A DNA stretch of 64,000 nt, taken from assembly GCF_037042905.1 (NCBI RefSeq), contig NC_087250.1:13580001-13644000 (forward strand). The letters are read 5' to 3'. The notes beneath the pieces were generated by a model. The model had not been told where the DNA came from, did not search any database, and worked only from the letters and a program-made list of their open reading frames with translations. The DNA is from Lytechinus pictus. Its lineage: Eukaryota. Below are positions 58,350 through 64,000 of the stretch, piece by piece. The stretch's first letter is position 1. Each line of letters starts with the position of its first letter. The position numbers were made by a program, and so were the translations under genes.

Positions 58350-59567
58350 CCCTTCCTAGTATCCCGTAACATCAATGGGGTGTCTACTCCCTGCTGTTGA
58401 CGAAGTGGTGGCGGCTGAAAATGTACAGGTGGCTGTCATGACTGAGGTGGTGGAGGCTGAAATGGTTGCTACCACTGTGGGGGTCGTGGCTGGAAATACT
58501 GGGGTACAAGGGATCCATGCTGCGGCGGAAAACGGCAGTTGCGTGCAAGATGATCCAGCTTTTGACAGTTGTAGCAACAAGCTGGTGGTCGATCACGTAG
58601 TTGCTGTGCCCTCTGCTGCCTAGTTTGGTTGTCCGACTCCACTCATGGAGGCTACTCGAACGATTTTTTCAGTTTTTCTATTCGTTCATCAATTGACATG
58701 ATTGGACCCCTTAACTTAAAGAAATATTTGTTACCATCATCTCCTACCGAAACTGCTTGAACTTGAAGATTTCCTCTTCCAGACTCTTCGCTAAGGTTGT
58801 GTAATCGTTCAGCAATTTCCCTGGCTTCCTGGAGGGTTCGTTGGCTCTTCCATGCCGATAGCCATGGCCATCGAATAATTTCCAAGTCTGCTATTGGTTA
58901 CCCGAATGTTGTTAGACGTCGAATATCGGCAGCATAGTCTGCGATTGATTCTCTTGGACCCAGCCGACGTAGCTCTAACTGCGATACGAAAGTGGAAGGA
59001 GTTTTCTTATGGCTAATCGATTTTCTAAAGCACTTTCCAGCTGTGAAAAATCTAATATCACAGCTGGAGAAAGTTGCTGGTTTTCAAAATCATCCGCATC
59101 ACCACGCAGGCAAGCGAGGAGACATAACTGTCATTCCGCAGTTTCATAACAACATGTTAACTAGTTTTTAAATGATTAGATGAAATTCTCCCACGGACGG
59201 TTGACTCTTAATCGTACAGCTCCTGAGGTGGTAACTGCACTTTCACGGTGTGAAAGCTACCTCTAGTGGGAGATAAGCCTTTCCAGTTTGATCATAATGT
59301 TTATTATTTTCCTCCATCATTCTCCTAGCAGTTATTAACTCTGCCTTCAATTGACAGATCTCCCTCTCCAAATCAGATTTACGCTTCCTTGGTGACATTT
59401 TATTGTCCATTAAAGCAGGCATGTGTTAAAGTATGAAATCCCACCTCTGAAACCATAACAGCGGCTCGTTTTGTTCTTAGAGCCCACTATAACAGTCTAT
59501 TGTCAAGGATGGCCAAAGCCTAATTAATGCACTTGAAGCAAAATAAAAGTCATTACGCACAAAGTTG
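58350..59567 (-). mobile_element. Ty3/Gypsy LTR retrotransposon remnant (LTR end, PBS, decayed gag)
   Basis: PBS tggtttcagaggtgggatt (59437-59455, tRNA-Leu-like); gag-like peptide ESIADYAADIRRL; zinc knuckle CYNCQKLDHLARNC at 58535-58576; frames are broken. Confidence 0.8.
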
Positions 59568-59639
59568 AATCATCCAGTCCCTCCAAAGCATTGCATTTTC
59601 CTCAACGGTAGGCAAGAATTTTGTTGAATCAATGTCTTC

Positions 59640-59975
59640 TACAGCAACAGTACGCCATTCAGTCGATAGATGATACCCATTTACTCGATGTTTTATGGCT
59701 AGCAATTGGACCATATGATAGTCCTTACCCTAATTGTCCCTGGTGGGATGCCATATGGACATTGTCCATGGCCACGGTATATGAACTATCGCAGCGGGCT
59801 TGATTATAATCATCTGCAACACCATGATTATCCTTCATGAATTCCCTTTCCATCTCATTCGCTTCATGAACTGACCGAGCCCATTCTTTTACTTTGGAAT
59901 TGAAGTTGTTGTCACTATCTGTTTGTTTGACCAAAGCGGTTTTATAGGATGTGCATACTCCTTTAGAGTTCATTC
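59640..59975 (-). pseudogene. Fragment resembling an Academ/DUF6589-type transposase
   Basis: SKGVCTSY...YTVAMDNVH, followed in a shifted frame by YHMVQLLAIKHRV; recognised from memory of the family pattern only. Confidence 0.4.
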
Positions 59976-60071
59976 ATGAGAATGAGGTTTTTTTGCACAT
60001 CCCTCTTTCAATGTGAGGGAGTTCAGTACTTGATGGGCGTTCATATTCTGAGACCTTGCATTCAGAAGAAA

Positions 60072-60520
60072 GTATGAAATCCCCCTTCTGAAACTAGCGT
60101 AACGGTGGCTCGGTTTGTTCTAAGAGCCCCGCTATAAGAGTCAATTGTCTAGGATGGCCAAAGCTTAATTAATACAGTTGAAGCAAAATAAAAGTCATTA
60201 CGCAGAAAGTTAAAGTTCAGTATATTACTGTGCAAAACTTCACACATTTGCATAAGTGTATAAGTGGTGATGACAGATCAGTCACTCGAGCGATGAACGG
60301 AGAATTGTAACTGAGATAACTTTGGAGCTTGAACAATACTTGAATAAATATAAAAACTTGTGAGAACTCAGAACTTAACTTAGACTCAGACTCGATTAAG
60401 AGTAAACTCGAATAAGACTAAAACTTTCACTGAGATGCTGGTGTCTTAGATACATGTACACTTTCCTGGATCATTCTTAGATGCCTAGACATAGCAAGAA
60501 GGTCATCCCCAGCACACAGC
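60072..60520 (-). mobile_element. Second copy of the Gypsy LTR end plus PBS, with probable LTR body
   Basis: 60072-60210 is a diverged direct repeat of 59431-59567; the far boundary is uncertain. Confidence 0.6.
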
Positions 60521-62569
60521 GAATACGGAGAGAACAAACAAATTGTATTACAAGTACAAAATGGCAATCAGAGGTAATTATTTTCCATCCGTCAGCAGTT
60601 CATGTCAGATAGAGGTTGCTTCAAAATCAAATCTTAACCAAAGGTTCATTTTTTTTTTGTCATTCAGGAATAAGAGTCGAGAGATTCCGATGCTGTCTCG
60701 GTCCACCAACTTTCGACAAACGCCTCTCGGCACTCCGTTTTGATTTTAATTGCATTTTCAAAAGTATTTGGTGTGTTGTAGAAGATTTCTCTGGAGTAAA
60801 TGCGAAAAGTCTGGATATCATGAAAGCCACAGCCACCATCGCACGCTTACAATGTCCTTATAAAAATTTAAAAAAATTCTTGGGTTTCTTGTGTCATTGT
60901 CAATTGCAATTATAGCCTTTGCCCAGGCTGTCCTCGCGATTTTCTGCCTGTGGATCCATTACGTGAATTAATAGAGATTTCATTTTCGCGACATGGACGG
61001 GTCCAGACAGCGACAGTCTTGCTTTATATACTTTCTCTTTTTGTTTTCTCAACAGAGCGGTTATGTGGTTCATACCTAATGTCAAATTCTCCTGGATGCT
61101 TACGGTATAAGGTCGCTGCTGCTCCTCCCGTCTCTAAATTAGTTCGGTTGAATTGTTTACTGTGCTTTGCAGCCTTTGAATGTCACCTTTTAGTGAAGAC
61201 ATCTCCTCAATCGATCCTCTTGATCAGTTTGTTCTGTGGTACATCTGATCCATCCCCCCTTTTTCTGGCACTTATGCAATTTTCTGCCGACCGGTAGTGG
61301 TGTTGGTTGGAAACAGTTTGGCATGTGACTTGATTCCACCGTCTCAGTCAGAGTGCATTGACTTATTCTGATCTACTGGTTCACCAGGTGAGCAATGTCC
61401 ATCCAGAAGAGGTGTGTCCTGGTGCCCAACATGATGTACAATATGTAGTTCATCTCCAAAGTAATTGGAGTTGGTCACCATGATAATGACATAAGTTCAC
61501 AGAGCTTGAAGAGATCCCCCCCCCAAAAAAAAAAAAAAAAAAAAAGAGAAAAGTTACAGCAGAGAGATAGTAAGAACGATGAAACCACAATGTCACAGTT
61601 TCAAAAGTTGAATATATTCCACTATCTGTTTATGGAACAGGAAAGCTCTGAAAATACATGTAGATTGTTCTTGTGCACCAGAACAAAATGAGTCTGCCTC
61701 TGATGAAAGGATGAATAAAAGAAACAAAATACTAAGACAATTAAACATGGATGAAAAGAAATTTGATTAAATACATAACTACGATGCTACAAACTACAAT
61801 CATGACAATACTGCATAAAAGTTCCTATTCTTCAGTCATAGAGTCCCTCAGTGTTGCTACTTCAGCCTCGATCCTATGGATCCCTGGCAGCCAGACTTCT
61901 CCCCTCCAGCTTTCATCTGTTCTGCTCCTCTTAAATTCTCCACGAGACTGGACACGGATCAGCTTCATGACGACGATCATGTGTCGCCCGTTTCTTCTAG
62001 TCATCCCAGTCGGACCCTCCATCTACTATCCCTTGGTCAGAGTTTGGTAGGGACGGGGCTGACCACCGGGCTACCTCCAGGTATGTCTCTTTTATCATGT
62101 CGCCCGGTATGATTGGGGTTTTTTCTTTTCCTCCCTCGTAAAATGTGATGCGACAGCAAATCTTCCCATCCTGATCTTCTTCATAGGATGTTCGAGCATC
62201 ATCGGATTTCGCACGGAGAGGACATTAATTAAGTAAAGGATCCACCAATTAATTCCTCAAAAATCATTAGCTGCCTTGCTAGTGTGATCAATTTTTTTTT
62301 CTTAAAGTTCAAAAGTTATTGAAATCATAAATATGAATATATTGTGTTTGATGTCAACAAACAACGTTCAAAGAATTAAATCATAATCACATCTTTAATG
62401 TACCATAAAGATTGCAGCTCCAAGGTATATTATGAGAAGTTGTGAGTCAGTTGAGATTACAGTCACATTATTCAATATACTTCTTGTTTACCTTTATAAT
62501 GACAAGTCACTGCGGGTTGTGTGTAGTTAACGAACACCTTTTTTTATTCGTTAGATGTCTCCTGCAACA

Positions 62570-62790
62570 CTAAACATCCATTCCGCAGTGACACTTGATG
62601 GTGGGCAAGCTACTGACACTAAGATGGGGAAGGTTTGTTGTGACTGCTCCAATACTCCAAAACATTGCTGTTGAGTTTTGCAACTGGCTGCTGGAGATAG
62701 ACTTCCAATTCGTGGGAAATTGACTTTTTAATGTCACTTTGAGCAGGGGTCTCATCTTCATTATCAGATGTAGTTGGAGATGATTCAATC
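62570..62790 (-). pseudogene. hAT transposase C-terminal dimerisation-domain remnant
   Basis: ELEVYLQQPVAKLNSNVLEYW matches the EL..YL......L.WW pattern. Confidence 0.55.
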
Positions 62791-63014
62791 ATGGCAGCTT
62801 CCATTGCTGACACGAAGCTTGGACGATGTGAGTGTTGTGAAGGCAACTGGGTTGCTTGTTCGGGTGTATCTGTATCGGAAAGTTTGACGGCATCGTCAAC
62901 ATTCTTCTCATTGTCAGAGAGTCCAACAACTGATGTTGAGATGTTTTATCCATTGCAACTGAACACTTAAAGTAGTTGTCCACGCTTCTACGTGTAGCTG
63001 ACTTGGGTATGCAG

Positions 63015-63490
63015 TTCATGCATGGATGATGTTTTAATTGAAATTGCCACACTTTATCCATGCTACTCTGATTAATGAGGGCAAGGCCAGTGGTGTCTGT
63101 CTGGTTCCACATGGCATCTAACACAGCCTGGATAAGTCTACGGGTTTCCTTCACACCCATTGTTGGATGTCTACAATATTTTGCCAGTTCTGCTGTTGTG
63201 ATGCTCCCAGTGACTTGGGCATCTGTAGGTATTGATAATAATAATAAGTTATTTAAGTAATTGGGTGTCAGAAGATGCTCAGCAACAGTTCCTTTGAATA
63301 TATGTATACATACTGACCACCGGGCTTCCTCCAGGTATGTCTCTTTTATCATGTCGCCCGGTGTGATTGGGGTTTTTTCTTTTCCTCCCTCGTACAAAGT
63401 GATGAGACCGCAAATCTTCCCGTCCTGATCTTCTTCATAGGATGTTCTGACATCATCGGATTTCACACGGAGAGGACATTAAGTAAAGGA
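63015..63490 (-). pseudogene. Zisupton/KDZ-like transposase remnant
   Basis: ELAKYCRHPTMGVKETRRLIQAVL..DTTGLALIN..MDKVWQFQLKHHPC resembles the Zisupton HCRRRTRG.EET..LI..DTLGVPL..W..Q.KH..C segment (from memory). Confidence 0.55.
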
Positions 63491-64000
63491 AGTATGCATA
63501 CGGTATACGTACTGCAATGGCTCTCCTTTGCAAAAAAAGGCCTCTCGATTTCTCCTCACAAACTCCGCCATTTGATGTACCTGGTCTTCTATGAGGTTAC
63601 CATGTCTATTTTCTTGATTCTTCTGAAAGAAAAGTGTCAATTTGTCTTTACATTTTCCCTTTTCCCAATGAAAGTGATTTTCTCCATAAACAAAATATCA
63701 ATGTAATTAAAGTCATACTAAAAGTATAGTTATGCATCACCCACAGGAATTCCTAGCTACATCCTGGTGGGGCCTGGTGCCCTCCTGCTTGCTGCTCTGT
63801 TCGCAGACAATTAAAGGGGCATCTGCACAATCAGTATTGCAGTAAACTTTCAGTTTTGGTAGTTCATGGTGTCCTCTTGGCATTGTCCATCCAGTATGTC
63901 TTGAAGTAAGGTTTTACAGACATGCCAACCATTCCTCTTTTTTTGCTGTGAATACACCAATACTTTTTTGTATGATTTGTTATCTTTTTTTTTAAATTTC

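Noticed and set aside
58356..58623. Mucin-like or independent ORFs on either strand
   Set aside because: These are alternative frames over the Gypsy gag zinc-knuckle region

Overview
AT-rich, intron-rich animal genomic DNA. The repeat families suggest a marine invertebrate deuterostome, probably a sea urchin; this is an inference. Two complete + strand genes can be assembled by hand, with GT-AG introns and consistent phases. TRDMT1/DNMT2 (tRNA C38 methyltransferase) has 10 coding exons at 11949-36057 and encodes 449 aa. CTBS (lysosomal di-N-acetylchitobiase, GH18) has 7 coding exons at 41556-51729 and encodes 413 aa. Nearly everything else is transposon-derived: L2/CR1-group LINE ends, tRNA-derived SINEs, four Helentron/HINE-type copies, many MITEs (hAT-, Kolobok-, piggyBac-, Harbinger-, Sola- and EnSpm-like, often nested), a 2.8-kb fold-back element, a 114-bp minisatellite, and Gypsy, Academ-like and Zisupton-like remnants at the right end. 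The most unusual structure is around the last CTBS exon: a dead in-register duplicate of its 5' half lies just upstream, and its 3' half plus proximal UTR is amplified into a tandem array of about 190-bp units downstream. I found no CRISPR array, no prokaryotic system and no convincing new protein-coding system. TE superfamily labels come from termini and TSD patterns only and need database confirmation.
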